A stretch of 18,477 nt of DNA from Promethearchaeota archaeon (GCA_048939245.1 JBHLPR010000041.1:1-18477); one strand, 5' to 3'. Numbered from the stretch's first letter, positions 7,897 through 15,900 are shown. Program-made: numbers and translations. The notes: generated by a model not told the origin, from the letters alone.

Positions 7897-8588
7897 TTGA
7901 AATTAGAGAAGATAAAAAAAGACCTAGCCTTTTTTGGGCGCACCTAGATACAGGAGCAAAACGTCCTGCAACAAAGAATCTTACTCCAGGTAAAGCAGTA
8001 TACAATGAACAGATGGTAACTGTAAAATCCCACGAGTACCGAATTTGGGATCCACATAGAAGCAAGCTATCAGCAGCTCTACTTCGAGGATTAACTGCAT
8101 ATGCTTTTACTCCTAAGAGTTCAGTCCTTTATTTAGGTGCTTCTTCAGGTACCACTGCTAGCCATGTTTCGGACCTCCTAAATGCAGGTGGTCACGTATA
8201 CTGTGTTGAATTTGCTCCGCGGGTGATGCGGGATTTAGTACAGGTTTCTGCAACTCGAAAGAATATGATTCCGATTATGGCAGACGCTAGATATCCTGAA
8301 TCCTATCTTCAAATACCTGAATTGGTAGAGGTGTTGTATCAAGATGTGGCGCAACCAAACCAGGCGAAGATATTAGTAGATAATGCGCGGCGTTTTCTTC
8401 GACCAGGTGGAACTGCGTATGTTGCGATTAAAGCTCGGAGCATCGATGTTACCGAGAAGCCGTCCCGAATATTTGATCGTGAAGAAAAGACATTAGCAAA
8501 AGCAGGATTTACTGTAGTGGATCGGATATCTTTAGATCCTTACTCCGCCGATCACGTTTTTCTTAGCGCAGTGTTTGGTGAAGTGTAG
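7893..8588 (+). CDS. flpA: Fibrillarin-like rRNA/tRNA 2'-O-methyltransferase
   Basis: ATKNLTPGKAVYNE, YRIWDPHRSKLSAA, VLYLGASSGTTASHVSD, VEFAPR, YQDVAQPNQ, IKARSID. No GAR domain. Confidence 0.97.
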   Translation: MIEIREDKKRPSLFWAHLDTGAKRPATKNLTPGKAVYNEQMVTVKSHEYRIWDPHRSKLSAALLRGLTAYAFTPKSSVLYLGASSGTTASHVSDLLNAGGHVYCVEFAPRVMRDLVQVSATRKNMIPIMADARYPESYLQIPELVEVLYQDVAQPNQAKILVDNARRFLRPGGTAYVAIKARSIDVTEKPSRIFDREEKTLAKAGFTVVDRISLDPYSADHVFLSAVFGEV

Positions 8589-8590
8589 AA

Positions 8591-9025
8591 ATGAAGAAAT
8601 ATTCGGGTTTCCTTTCCGGGCTTGAACGAGAAATTGCCCAAATTAATGATCATATGCCTCGCACAAAGAAGTCGCTTTTGAAACTGCTTAGCGGGCGGTC
8701 ACCAAGCTTTGTCACACGAGATGGACAAAAGAGTTCAGTTCGATTGGAGGAATTAGAAGAAATTGCAGAGATTATTCCGTCTGAATATCATAGCCAGATT
8801 ATGTTACCGTTCATACTTCTACGAAGAACCTCGTTAGGACCTGGTGCACACACTATAGGTGGTTCAAAACTCGAACAATTCACGGTGTTACGTATTTTGG
8901 GAAAAATCGATTATCCTTTTCAAATGTGGCGTTCAGCACGTTTACCCCGAATTATTTATTCGCCTGAAGTGGGTCTCTTAAGGCAGAAATTACCCACTAC
9001 CCTTACAATAGGATTTGGCAAATAA
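8591..9025 (+). CDS. DUF61 (UPF0216) family protein
   Basis: INDHMPRTKKSLLKLL...VTRDG...EELE...LPFIL pattern, in the usual position after fibrillarin. Confidence 0.8.
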   Translation: MKKYSGFLSGLEREIAQINDHMPRTKKSLLKLLSGRSPSFVTRDGQKSSVRLEELEEIAEIIPSEYHSQIMLPFILLRRTSLGPGAHTIGGSKLEQFTVLRILGKIDYPFQMWRSARLPRIIYSPEVGLLRQKLPTTLTIGFGK

Positions 9026-9026
9026 T

Positions 9027-9986
9027 ATGCAGACGAAACAAAGATATCTGGATGAGGTGCGGGACGTTCTAGATTCTGCGGCACGAGAACACGCTACAAC
9101 TTTTACTCCAGAATATTGTTTTGATAGTATCATCGATGAAGGTTATGCACGGATTGTAATTAAAGCCAGCCAAACAATTGACAATGTTGAAGTACATGTC
9201 CGAGAAGAATTGTATAAAATCTGTTCTATTCTTCGATGTACCCCACTGATTATAGGAGAACGTACGCGGAAACGCCCCCTCCAAGATGGTGTGGTTCATA
9301 CTCGCGGATCGATTTCTGCAATTACACTTGAGACTCTGCGCCGAATTTTAGAAGAACACGCTTTTCCTTTTCTTCTAGCGAAAAAGGGCGGGGTTTACGT
9401 TATTATGGACGGAGAAAAAATGAAGAACGCACGAGAAGCAGGGGGTCATTCTCGTGGAGATATTGCAGAAAGAATGGGACTCTCAAGACGTGCTATATAC
9501 GAATATGAAAGAGGAACAATGAACCCCACGATTGATGTAGCCCTTCGTTTAGAGGAGCTTCTTGACACAACATTAATTGAACCGCTGAATCTATTTGGTA
9601 CCCTTAACACATCAAATAGAAGTAAGGTTACGCAAGAGCCTCTAAATAGACAAACTAAATTCACAAAAACAGCAATAGAAGTATTTTCTCGTTTAGGTTT
9701 CAATTCAACCCTGGCCAATGATGCGCCTTTTAACTTGCTCAACTCCCTTCGTAAGCATGTCATTTTAAGTTACTTGAAACAGCGCCTTGAACATCTTGAT
9801 GAAGAACGAATTGATTTTCTAGCAAAACTAGCGGATGTTCTCAATGAGAATCCGGTGATAGTTGCCTCAGAATCAACAACTGTCGATGCAATCAATGGCA
9901 TACCCGTTGTCTATCTCAAAGAGCTCATATCCCTTCATAAACCGAGTGAGTTCATTACGCTTATTCAAAGTCGGCGAGGAGCTTGA
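9027..9986 (+). CDS. Archaeal XRE/Cro-type HTH transcriptional regulator (COG1395-like)
   Basis: PLIIGERTRKRPLQDGVVHTR, KGGVYVIMDG, HTH SRGDIAERMGLSRRAIYEYERG, APFN. ATG at 9027 directly follows the DUF61 stop and is preferred over TTG at 9015. Confidence 0.88.
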   Translation: MQTKQRYLDEVRDVLDSAAREHATTFTPEYCFDSIIDEGYARIVIKASQTIDNVEVHVREELYKICSILRCTPLIIGERTRKRPLQDGVVHTRGSISAITLETLRRILEEHAFPFLLAKKGGVYVIMDGEKMKNAREAGGHSRGDIAERMGLSRRAIYEYERGTMNPTIDVALRLEELLDTTLIEPLNLFGTLNTSNRSKVTQEPLNRQTKFTKTAIEVFSRLGFNSTLANDAPFNLLNSLRKHVILSYLKQRLEHLDEERIDFLAKLADVLNENPVIVASESTTVDAINGIPVVYLKELISLHKPSEFITLIQSRRGA

Positions 9987-9987
9987 T

Positions 9988-11160
9988 GTGTACGAGGAAG
10001 ACAAGGAAGGAGCCATCAGCTTTCTCCGTCCACCCTTACAAAAAGTTCCAACAACAGACATGAAGGTCTTTTTCAATCCCAAATCTGAACTTAATCGAGA
10101 TTTAACCATGGTGGCACTCCAAGTATTTATTTCCAAATATGAGAAGACAGGAACCCGAGTGTGCACCCCCTTTGCTGGAACAGGTGTCCGCCCAATTCGT
10201 ATGGCAAAAGAGGTAACAGGCATCGAAAAAGTTATTGTGGGAGATTCGAATCCTGAAGCAGTCGAGCTTATTAGAAGAAACCGGGACATGAACGATGTTA
10301 AAGACGTGCTGGAAATTTTCCATAGCGAAGCCAATCATTTACTAAACCAGTATAGATCGTTCCATGAAAAATTTGATGTCATCGATATCGATCCATTTGG
10401 TTCTCCCAGAGAATTTTTTGATTCAGCTATTCGAGCGCTTAGGCCTCCAGCATTACTTTGTCTTACAGCCACAGATATGCCTGTCTTGGTGGGTATTCGA
10501 CGACGTGCATGTATTAAGAGATATGCAGCTGTGCCATTGAAAACAGAGTATTCGCATGAGCTAGCAGTACGGATATTGCTTGGATGTGTTATAAGAGAAG
10601 CAGTGTCCCAAAATATCGGATTATTCCCATTACTATCATTCTCAGTTGACCATTATATTCGGTTGTATCTTTTAGCTATAGAAGGAGACAAGAATTCGTG
10701 GAAGGCAGTGTCACAACTAGGATTCATAATTCATTGTAATCAATGTGGAGAAAGGACAGTTGCTAAAGGTTTGCTGCCGAGCATCAGAGGTTGCAAGCAG
10801 TGTAAATCGGAAAGAGAACAATTAGGTGGTCCTCTTTGGGTTGGAAAGCTTGGAGATAAATCATTCATAAAAAAAATGTGCCAGCATCTTGATAATTTTA
10901 GACTTGGAAACAAACGTAGAGCCTTGTCCTTGTTAAACACGATACAAGATGAAATAGACGGTCCAGCGACTTATTATGATCTCCATCAATTAGCAGATAA
11001 ATTGAATATACCAGTTCCACCTTTTCGGGATGTAATTGGTAGATTACGCCAAGCAGGAGCATTCTGCGTTCGAACCCATTATTCGCCACATGCGATACGA
11101 ACATCTGCTACAGAACAAACCCTCTCAGAGATCCTTTTAGCGCTTACAACGGAGGGTTGA
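9988..11160 (+). CDS. trm1: tRNA (guanine-26,N2)-dimethyltransferase Trm1
   Basis: VFFNPKSELNRDL, FAGTGVRPIR, DVIDIDPFGSP, LCLTATD, HELAVRILL, CxxC...CxxC, GGPLWVG, RTH. Start reassigned to GTG at 9988 (SD GAGGAG at 9976-9981). Confidence 0.95.
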   Translation: MYEEDKEGAISFLRPPLQKVPTTDMKVFFNPKSELNRDLTMVALQVFISKYEKTGTRVCTPFAGTGVRPIRMAKEVTGIEKVIVGDSNPEAVELIRRNRDMNDVKDVLEIFHSEANHLLNQYRSFHEKFDVIDIDPFGSPREFFDSAIRALRPPALLCLTATDMPVLVGIRRRACIKRYAAVPLKTEYSHELAVRILLGCVIREAVSQNIGLFPLLSFSVDHYIRLYLLAIEGDKNSWKAVSQLGFIIHCNQCGERTVAKGLLPSIRGCKQCKSEREQLGGPLWVGKLGDKSFIKKMCQHLDNFRLGNKRRALSLLNTIQDEIDGPATYYDLHQLADKLNIPVPPFRDVIGRLRQAGAFCVRTHYSPHAIRTSATEQTLSEILLALTTEG

Positions 11161-11164
11161 ATTT

Positions 11165-11788
11165 ATGGAGCGCTGGACGAAGAATGAGACATACCGCAGA
11201 AAAGCCCGAAAGACTGGCTATCGCTCTCGTGCTGCATTCAAGTTAGTTGAAATCGATGAAAGATTTGATGTATTAAAACAAGCTATACGGGTTGTCGATT
11301 TATGTAGTGCCCCTGGTTCTTGGTTACAAGTTGTTAAGGAACGTTGCATTGGCTCCAACGTAGTTATTATCGGAATCGATATGGTTCATATAAAACCGAT
11401 TCCGGGAGTTCATATCATTCAAAGCTCCATCGAATCCCCTGATTTAGTAACCCAAATACTAAGCAAATTAGAACAACCTGCGCAGGTTCTACTCAGCGAT
11501 TGTTCTCCAAAACTAACGGGAACTAAATCCCTAGACAGAGCTCGACAGCTTTGGTTAGCCAAACTGAGCTATGAATATGCTACAAAGATACTTGAAAAAA
11601 GAGGTCATTTCATAACAAAGGTCTTTCAGTCTATTGAATTTGACGACTTCATTACGAGTGTTGGCAATTCCTTTCGTTCAGTGAAGACCTATAAACCTCA
11701 ATCGTCATTTAAACGGAGTCCAGAGATGTATCTTATTGCAAAAGGATTTCGTGGAAATCCGTTACCCGTTAACCAAGGCGCCCCTTAA
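11165..11788 (+). CDS. rlmE: FtsJ/RlmE-family RNA 2'-O-methyltransferase
   Basis: GYRSRAAFKL, VVDLCSAPGSWLQ, VLLSDCSP, FITKVFQ, KPQSS...EMY; the K-D-K-E tetrad appears present. Substrate uncertain (see findings). Confidence 0.9.
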   Translation: MERWTKNETYRRKARKTGYRSRAAFKLVEIDERFDVLKQAIRVVDLCSAPGSWLQVVKERCIGSNVVIIGIDMVHIKPIPGVHIIQSSIESPDLVTQILSKLEQPAQVLLSDCSPKLTGTKSLDRARQLWLAKLSYEYATKILEKRGHFITKVFQSIEFDDFITSVGNSFRSVKTYKPQSSFKRSPEMYLIAKGFRGNPLPVNQGAP

Positions 11789-12104
11789 TCCAAGAATTGA
11801 GTTTTTCACATAACCATGGACTGGTTGGTTGACCGGCTCCGCATTGATCGATATCAGGACAAATAAAGCAAGGACAGCCCTCAAGGGTATCCCATTCTGC
11901 TTCATCATAATCTTGCCAAATTAAACGAACGGTGGATTTACCATCATGTTTTTCTTCAACTTTCTTGACTTGCCCGTTTTTACTCAGTGAGTCAATAATC
12001 GTAAGAAGCGTAGATTCTGGTTCCCCCATTTTTTTAACTAGGTCTGCAAGAAGGATGCCTTTTTTTCCCGCGTCCTTAAGGAGCTCAATAGTACCAGATT
12101 CCAT
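11769..12104 (-). CDS. tfeB: TFE-beta / RPC34-like protein (winged HTH + C-terminal Fe-S cluster domain)
   Basis: wHTH (GILLADLVKKMG...IIDSLSKNGQVKK) followed by PCFICPDIDQCGAGQPTSPWLCEKLNSW, next to tfb. ATG at 12104 is preferred because BRE/TATA lies at 12132-12146. Confidence 0.85.
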   Translation of the reverse strand: MESGTIELLKDAGKKGILLADLVKKMGEPESTLLTIIDSLSKNGQVKKVEEKHDGKSTVRLIWQDYDEAEWDTLEGCPCFICPDIDQCGAGQPTSPWLCEKLNSWIKGRLG

Positions 12105-12131
12105 GACATCATCTAGAAAACAGGTCCGCCG

Positions 12132-12146
12132 GATAAAAAGTCTTTC
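12132..12146 (-). promoter_or_regulatory. BRE/TATA promoter of tfeB (short-leader or leaderless transcript)
   Basis: Minus strand GAAAGAC-TTTTTATC about 28 nt upstream of ATG 12104. Confidence 0.6.
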
Positions 12147-12156
12147 AAACACCAAC

Positions 12157-12192
12157 TAAAAAGAAAGGAAAAAGGGCGAAAATATTCGCCCT
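12157..12192 (-). terminator. Hairpin plus T-rich tract terminator after tfb
   Basis: Perfect 8-bp stem AGGGCGAA-N4-TTCGCCCT (12173-12192) 11 nt after the tfb stop, followed on the minus strand by TTTTCCTTTCTTTTT. Confidence 0.7.
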
Positions 12193-12203
12193 ATGAATAC
12201 CCG

Positions 12204-13133
12204 TTAGAGAGGAACTTCCAAATCCAATTTCTCCACAAGTTCTTTGTAACGATTACGTACTGTCACTTCGGTGACTCGGGCTACAGCCGCAACTTCACGT
12301 TGCGTTCTTCGTGAATTAGCCAGAACACTAGCAACATAGATAGCGGCAGCAGCAACACCTGTTGGTCCTCGACCACTTGTCAGTCCCTTGTTAGCAGCCA
12401 TCTTCAGGATTTGAATTGCCTGAGCTTGAACTTCACCAAGTAATTTCAGTTCACTGATAAATCTTGGAACATAGTCTATTGGAGAAGTGGGAGGAATGGA
12501 AAGACGCAATTCGCGAGCGATAAAACGATAACTTCGTCCAATCTCTTTTTTACCAACCCTAGAAACTTCAGCTACTTCATCAAGCGTTCGAGGAATACGA
12601 GATTGGCGACATGCAGCATATAGAGCAGCAGCCGCAACTCCTTCAATCGAACGCCCTCGAATCAAGCGTTGTTCGACGGCTCTACGGTATAGCATTGCAG
12701 CGATTTCGCGAACGTTTCGTGGAAGACCAAGACTTGATGCCATCCGATCAAGTTCGGAAAGGGCATATGCGAGATTTCGTTCTGTGGCATCGGACACACG
12801 GATTCTTCGTTGCCATTTTCGTAAACGATAGATTTGTGCCCTACGTTTTGGAGCCAAGTCTTTTCCATAACTATCACGATTTCGCCAATCAATCATGGTT
12901 GAAAGGCCCTTATCGTGAATAGTAAAGGTGAGTGGCGCCCCAACACGCGCACGTTTATCACGTTGTTCTTGATCGAAAGCCCTCCATTCAGGACCTTCAT
13001 CGATAATCCGATCTGTGAGCACGAGTCCACAATTCATGCAAATAATTTCTGCTCTTGAATAGTCTTTCACTAGACGGGTAGTACCACAGTCAGGACAATG
13101 AGCGAGCGCAGAAGCACTTACTTCTTTCGTCGT
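12204..13133 (-). CDS. tfb: Transcription initiation factor IIB (TFB); true start lies upstream of the track call, probably ACG at 13133
   Basis: The frame extends upstream of 13070 to complete the Zn ribbon [32 protein letters not shown]-reader, two cyclin repeats, [12 protein letters not shown]. Gene identity is secure; the start codon is inferred. Confidence 0.95.
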   Translation of the reverse strand, partial: TTKEVSASALAHCPDCGTTRLVKDYSRAEIICMNCGLVLTDRIIDEGPEWRAFDQEQRDKRARVGAPLTFTIHDKGLSTMIDWRNRDSYGKDLAPKRRAQIYRLRKWQRRIRVSDATERNLAYALSELDRMASSLGLPRNVREIAAMLYRRAVEQRLIRGRSIEGVAAAALYAACRQSRIPRTLDEVAEVSRVGKKEIGRSYRFIARELRLSIPPTSPIDYVPRFISELKLLGEVQAQAIQILKMAANKGLTSGRGPTGVAAAAIYVASVLANSRRTQREVAAVARVTEVTVRNRYKELVEKLDLEVPL

Positions 13134-13387
13134 TTCCCTACGCCTCCTTTAGGAGCCTTCTTCAGATAGAGAGTTGTCCCAGGAGGCACCATGGCGTCTT
13201 TAATTCTCGCTTCAGGTTTTAATGCAGCAAACGGTTGAATTGTTGGCCCAAAGATATCAATTACTTTCCCAATTTGTAAAGATTGAGATGAGAAAACACG
13301 TGTCCCTAGTCTTATAGCTTGGTTTAGACGCGCAATGATATTTCCTTGCGCGGAAATGTGTAGAACATGACCAATTCCTTGCAGCAG
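13118..13387 (-). CDS. gar1: H/ACA RNP component Gar1/Naf1 (not in the ORF track; probable CTG start)
   Basis: Manual translation (L)[57 protein letters not shown]...[18 protein letters not shown] shows the Gar1 signatures GxVLH and IGKVxDIFGPxxxP, in the usual position before tfb. Confidence 0.9.
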   Translation of the reverse strand: MLQGIGHVLHISAQGNIIARLNQAIRLGTRVFSSQSLQIGKVIDIFGPTIQPFAALKPEARIKDAMVPPGTTLYLKKAPKGGVGKRRKK

Positions 13388-13452
13388 ATCGACTCCTGGG
13401 AAGGCCAGAATTGGGTCGTAAGGGGGATTAGAAGTTGAGAAACAGACCGTGA

Positions 13453-13468
13453 CTTAAAAACGTTTGCC
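13453..13468 (-). promoter_or_regulatory. BRE/TATA promoter of gar1-tfb
   Basis: Minus strand GGCAAACG-TTTTTAAG; shares the AAACG-TTT junction with the rps8e promoter. Confidence 0.65.
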
Positions 13469-13506
13469 TGCTTTTCTGCATAAATCACTTGACGTTTGTA
13501 ACCTCA

Positions 13507-13528
13507 TTCGGAAAATGCCCTTTCCGAA
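13507..13528. repeat. Perfect inverted repeat between srp19 and gar1
   Basis: TTCGGAAA-ATGCCC-TTTCCGAA (8-bp arms, 6-nt spacer). Confidence 0.7.
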
Positions 13529-13579
13529 CTAATTTATCCCTAATTTCGTTCACTTTAGCACTTGATAGCCGAGTAGCCA

Positions 13580-13882
13580 TTACTTCTTACCAACTGCTTT
13601 CAAAGTTTTCATGATTTTCGCAATTTCTTTTAGAATTTGAGTTTTTGTCTGATTTTCAGGCTTTTTAATGAGGACCACTCCAGATGTTCCCCACCAACTT
13701 GCCGGATATCGAGCCTTTGATTCGACAGTGAACTCCAAACCAAGGCGTTGAGCGGCTTTGGTAATCATTGAAGTTGATACAGCTGTCAATGCGAGTTTTT
13801 TAGGAACACGCCGACCCGCTTGACGACTTCGATTAGCTTCAAAATATGCTGGATAAATATAATAATTACCTGATTTCCGCAT
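13580..13882 (-). CDS. srp19: Signal recognition particle protein SRP19
   Basis: IYPAYFEANRSRQAGRRVPKKLA, AAQRLGL, YPASWW, KTQILKEIA. Confidence 0.95.
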   Translation of the reverse strand: MRKSGNYYIYPAYFEANRSRQAGRRVPKKLALTAVSTSMITKAAQRLGLEFTVESKARYPASWWGTSGVVLIKKPENQTKTQILKEIAKIMKTLKAVGKK

Positions 13883-13981
13883 TCTAGACCGCCTTCATAG
13901 CCTCCATTAGTTACACAAAAGCTTTGCTTTTCTTGTAAGTGAGCAAGGTTGAAAAGTTTTGAGCCAACGGGTTGGGATGTC

Positions 13982-14359
13982 ATGCATGAATTTTCTACAG
14001 CAGTTAGCATTGTTGATGCAGTAAAACGTGCTGCAGAAAGCTATGCTGCAACGAAAGTCGTGAGAATTACGCTTCAAATCGGAAAGCTATCCATGTTAAA
14101 TCATGACCAACTGCTTTTTGGAATAGACATTGCATCTAAGAACTCCATAGTAGAAGGAGCTAGGGTAACCATTGAGCCACTGACTACGAAAATTCATTGT
14201 CGAAAATGTGGCGCTGACTCAGAAATCGCCCAGGAAGGGCCTTTATACGACATTCTAACATCAATGGCATGTTCTCAGTGTCAATCAAAAGATGTGGAAG
14301 TAATTCAGGGAAGAGAGTGCGTGATCAAGGATATTCAAGCCGAAGTAGAAAAAGAGTAA
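13982..14359 (+). CDS. hypA: [NiFe]-hydrogenase nickel metallochaperone HypA
   Basis: The Ni-binding MHE N-terminus fixes the start at ATG 13982. IGKLS, CRKC...CSQC Zn site, GRE motif. Confidence 0.95.
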   Translation: MHEFSTAVSIVDAVKRAAESYAATKVVRITLQIGKLSMLNHDQLLFGIDIASKNSIVEGARVTIEPLTTKIHCRKCGADSEIAQEGPLYDILTSMACSQCQSKDVEVIQGRECVIKDIQAEVEKE

Positions 14360-14363
14360 CTGA

Positions 14364-14744
14364 TTATTCGATTTTAATCGCATCAACTACTCCGTTTTGA
14401 CCTGGACGACTAGTAACTAATGCTTTCCCTTTTTCTGTCTCAATTATTGTTCCCTTTGTTATGATGCCGCGACGATCGAGATCTACATTTGCTGGATTTT
14501 GTAATACCTGCACAATTTTGGTTTTTTCTGATTTCCCTGTAGCTTTATCCGTGACATTTGCATGCGAAGCAGCAAGTAGCCGGAATTTATGATTTCCACC
14601 GAGTGTGCGTTTGATTCGGAGCTTCTTTTCGCCCATGATGGTTTCGGTGGCTTGACTACCTCTTTCGTATTTACGATGCTTACGCGATGTCCGGTATCTT
14701 GCACCAGTGTGATATCTTTTTGACTTACCTTGCCAAAGGGGCAT
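14364..14744 (-). CDS. rps8e: Small-subunit ribosomal protein eS8
   Basis: MPLWQGKSKRYHTGARY, RTLGGN, NPAN, RRGIITKGTIIET, VTSRPGQNGVVDA. ATG at 14744 with SD GAGGT. Confidence 0.97.
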   Translation of the reverse strand: MPLWQGKSKRYHTGARYRTSRKHRKYERGSQATETIMGEKKLRIKRTLGGNHKFRLLAASHANVTDKATGKSEKTKIVQVLQNPANVDLDRRGIITKGTIIETEKGKALVTSRPGQNGVVDAIKIE

Positions 14745-14784
14745 TTTAGTAACCTCAGGTTTGAGACGAGACACAGCCTAGGAG

Positions 14785-14798
14785 CTATAAACGTTTCG
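14785..14798 (-). promoter_or_regulatory. BRE/TATA promoter of rps8e
   Basis: Minus strand CGAAACG-TTTATAG about 40 nt upstream of the ATG. Confidence 0.7.
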
Positions 14799-14868
14799 CC
14801 AATCCGATAATGGCAAAGCCTTTAGTTTCTTTAGCTTTGACTCATATGATAAGGTGGTAGCGATAACG

Positions 14869-15900
14869 ATGTCAAAACACAACGCACTTGTTGAACTTTC
14901 GCATGGAGCTGGTGGTCGTGCCATGGCTGAGTTTTTAGCAGATGTTATTTTTCCCCATTTCAAACTCAACCGAGTTGAAACTGGAATTGGATTACCTGAG
15001 GCTGATGATGGGGCAACGATTCCTTTAGACAAAATTGAGCTTGTAGTCTCTACCGATAGCCACACAGTGTCACCATTATTCTTTCCTGGTGGTGACATCG
15101 GGAGTCTTGCAGCGGCAGGCACCATTAATGATGTGGCGATGATGGGAGCTCAACCTAAAGCTATGACAAGTGCTTTGGTAATTGAAGAGGGATTCCCTAT
15201 CGATTCACTTCACAAGATCTTATCATCAATATCTTCAACGGCCACAGAGGATCAGGTCGCAGTTATAGCAGGAGACACAAAGGTGATTCCGAAAGGAGGG
15301 CTTGATCAGATGATAATTTGTACAACTGGATTCGGTTTAGTAGAAAAGGGGAAGGTCATCACAGATAGTGGTGTGAAAGTCGGTGATAAACTAATTATCA
15401 CGGGGACCATTGGTGACCATGGCATAGCCTTACTAGCAAGTCGTGAAGGTCTTTCCTTTGAAACCGACTTGAAATCAGACGTTGCGCCATTATGGTCATT
15501 GGTTCGGGAGGCGTTAAGGATTGGTGGAATTCATGCGATGAAAGATCCTACACGGGGAGGTCTTTCAGTAACTTTGAATGAGTGTGCAAAGAAATCTGGT
15601 GTTAGCTTGGAAATCGAAGAGGATAAGCTGCCTTTTCAACGAGAGGTGCTGGCAGCAAGTCAGATGCTCGGACTTGACCCACTTCAAGTTACCTGTGAAG
15701 GAAAGGCTCTTATCGCAGTGGAGCCTGACAAGGCTGAAGAAGTTCTTAAAGTCATCCGTGGCACAAAATACGGGAAAAAAGCGGAAATCATTGGAGAAGC
15801 AAAGGAAGAGCGTTCAGGCTTGGTATTAATGAAGACCGAAGTGGGTGGAACTCGAATTATCCAGCATCCTTGGGCAGAAGCAATACCTCGGGTCTGTTAG
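14869..15900 (+). CDS. hypE: Hydrogenase maturation carbamoyl dehydratase HypE
   Basis: LSHGAGG, STDSHTVSPLFFPGGDIGSLAAAGTINDVAM, GDTKV, SDVAPL, MKDPTRGG, CEGK, and C-terminal PRVC with the catalytic terminal Cys. ATG at 14869 follows AGGTGG. Confidence 0.97.
   Translation: MSKHNALVELSHGAGGRAMAEFLADVIFPHFKLNRVETGIGLPEADDGATIPLDKIELVVSTDSHTVSPLFFPGGDIGSLAAAGTINDVAMMGAQPKAMTSALVIEEGFPIDSLHKILSSISSTATEDQVAVIAGDTKVIPKGGLDQMIICTTGFGLVEKGKVITDSGVKVGDKLIITGTIGDHGIALLASREGLSFETDLKSDVAPLWSLVREALRIGGIHAMKDPTRGGLSVTLNECAKKSGVSLEIEEDKLPFQREVLAASQMLGLDPLQVTCEGKALIAVEPDKAEEVLKVIRGTKYGKKAEIIGEAKEERSGLVLMKTEVGGTRIIQHPWAEAIPRVC

Noticed and set aside
9862-9987. Extended N-termini in the ORF track (trm1 9862, hypA 13949, rps8e 14774, tfeB 12155, hypE 14854)
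   Set aside because: SD or promoter positions and family N-terminal motifs (for example MHE of HypA) favour the downstream starts.
9873-10334. Antisense or alternate-frame ORFs (9873-10334, 14778-15125, 17328-17696, 2426-2713, 314-595, 145-408 and similar)
   Set aside because: They are shadows of well-supported genes, with no recognisable motifs or expression signals.
13131-13139. GGGAAAC as a classical slippery heptamer in gar1
   Set aside because: Wrong phase: gar1 reads GGG AAA CGA, not G GGA AAC.
13388-13579. SRP RNA, or a C/D or H/ACA sRNA, in the srp19-gar1 spacer (also checked 6502-6651)
   Set aside because: Too short and AT-rich for SRP RNA, and no box C (RTGATGA) / box D (CTGA) pair was recognised.
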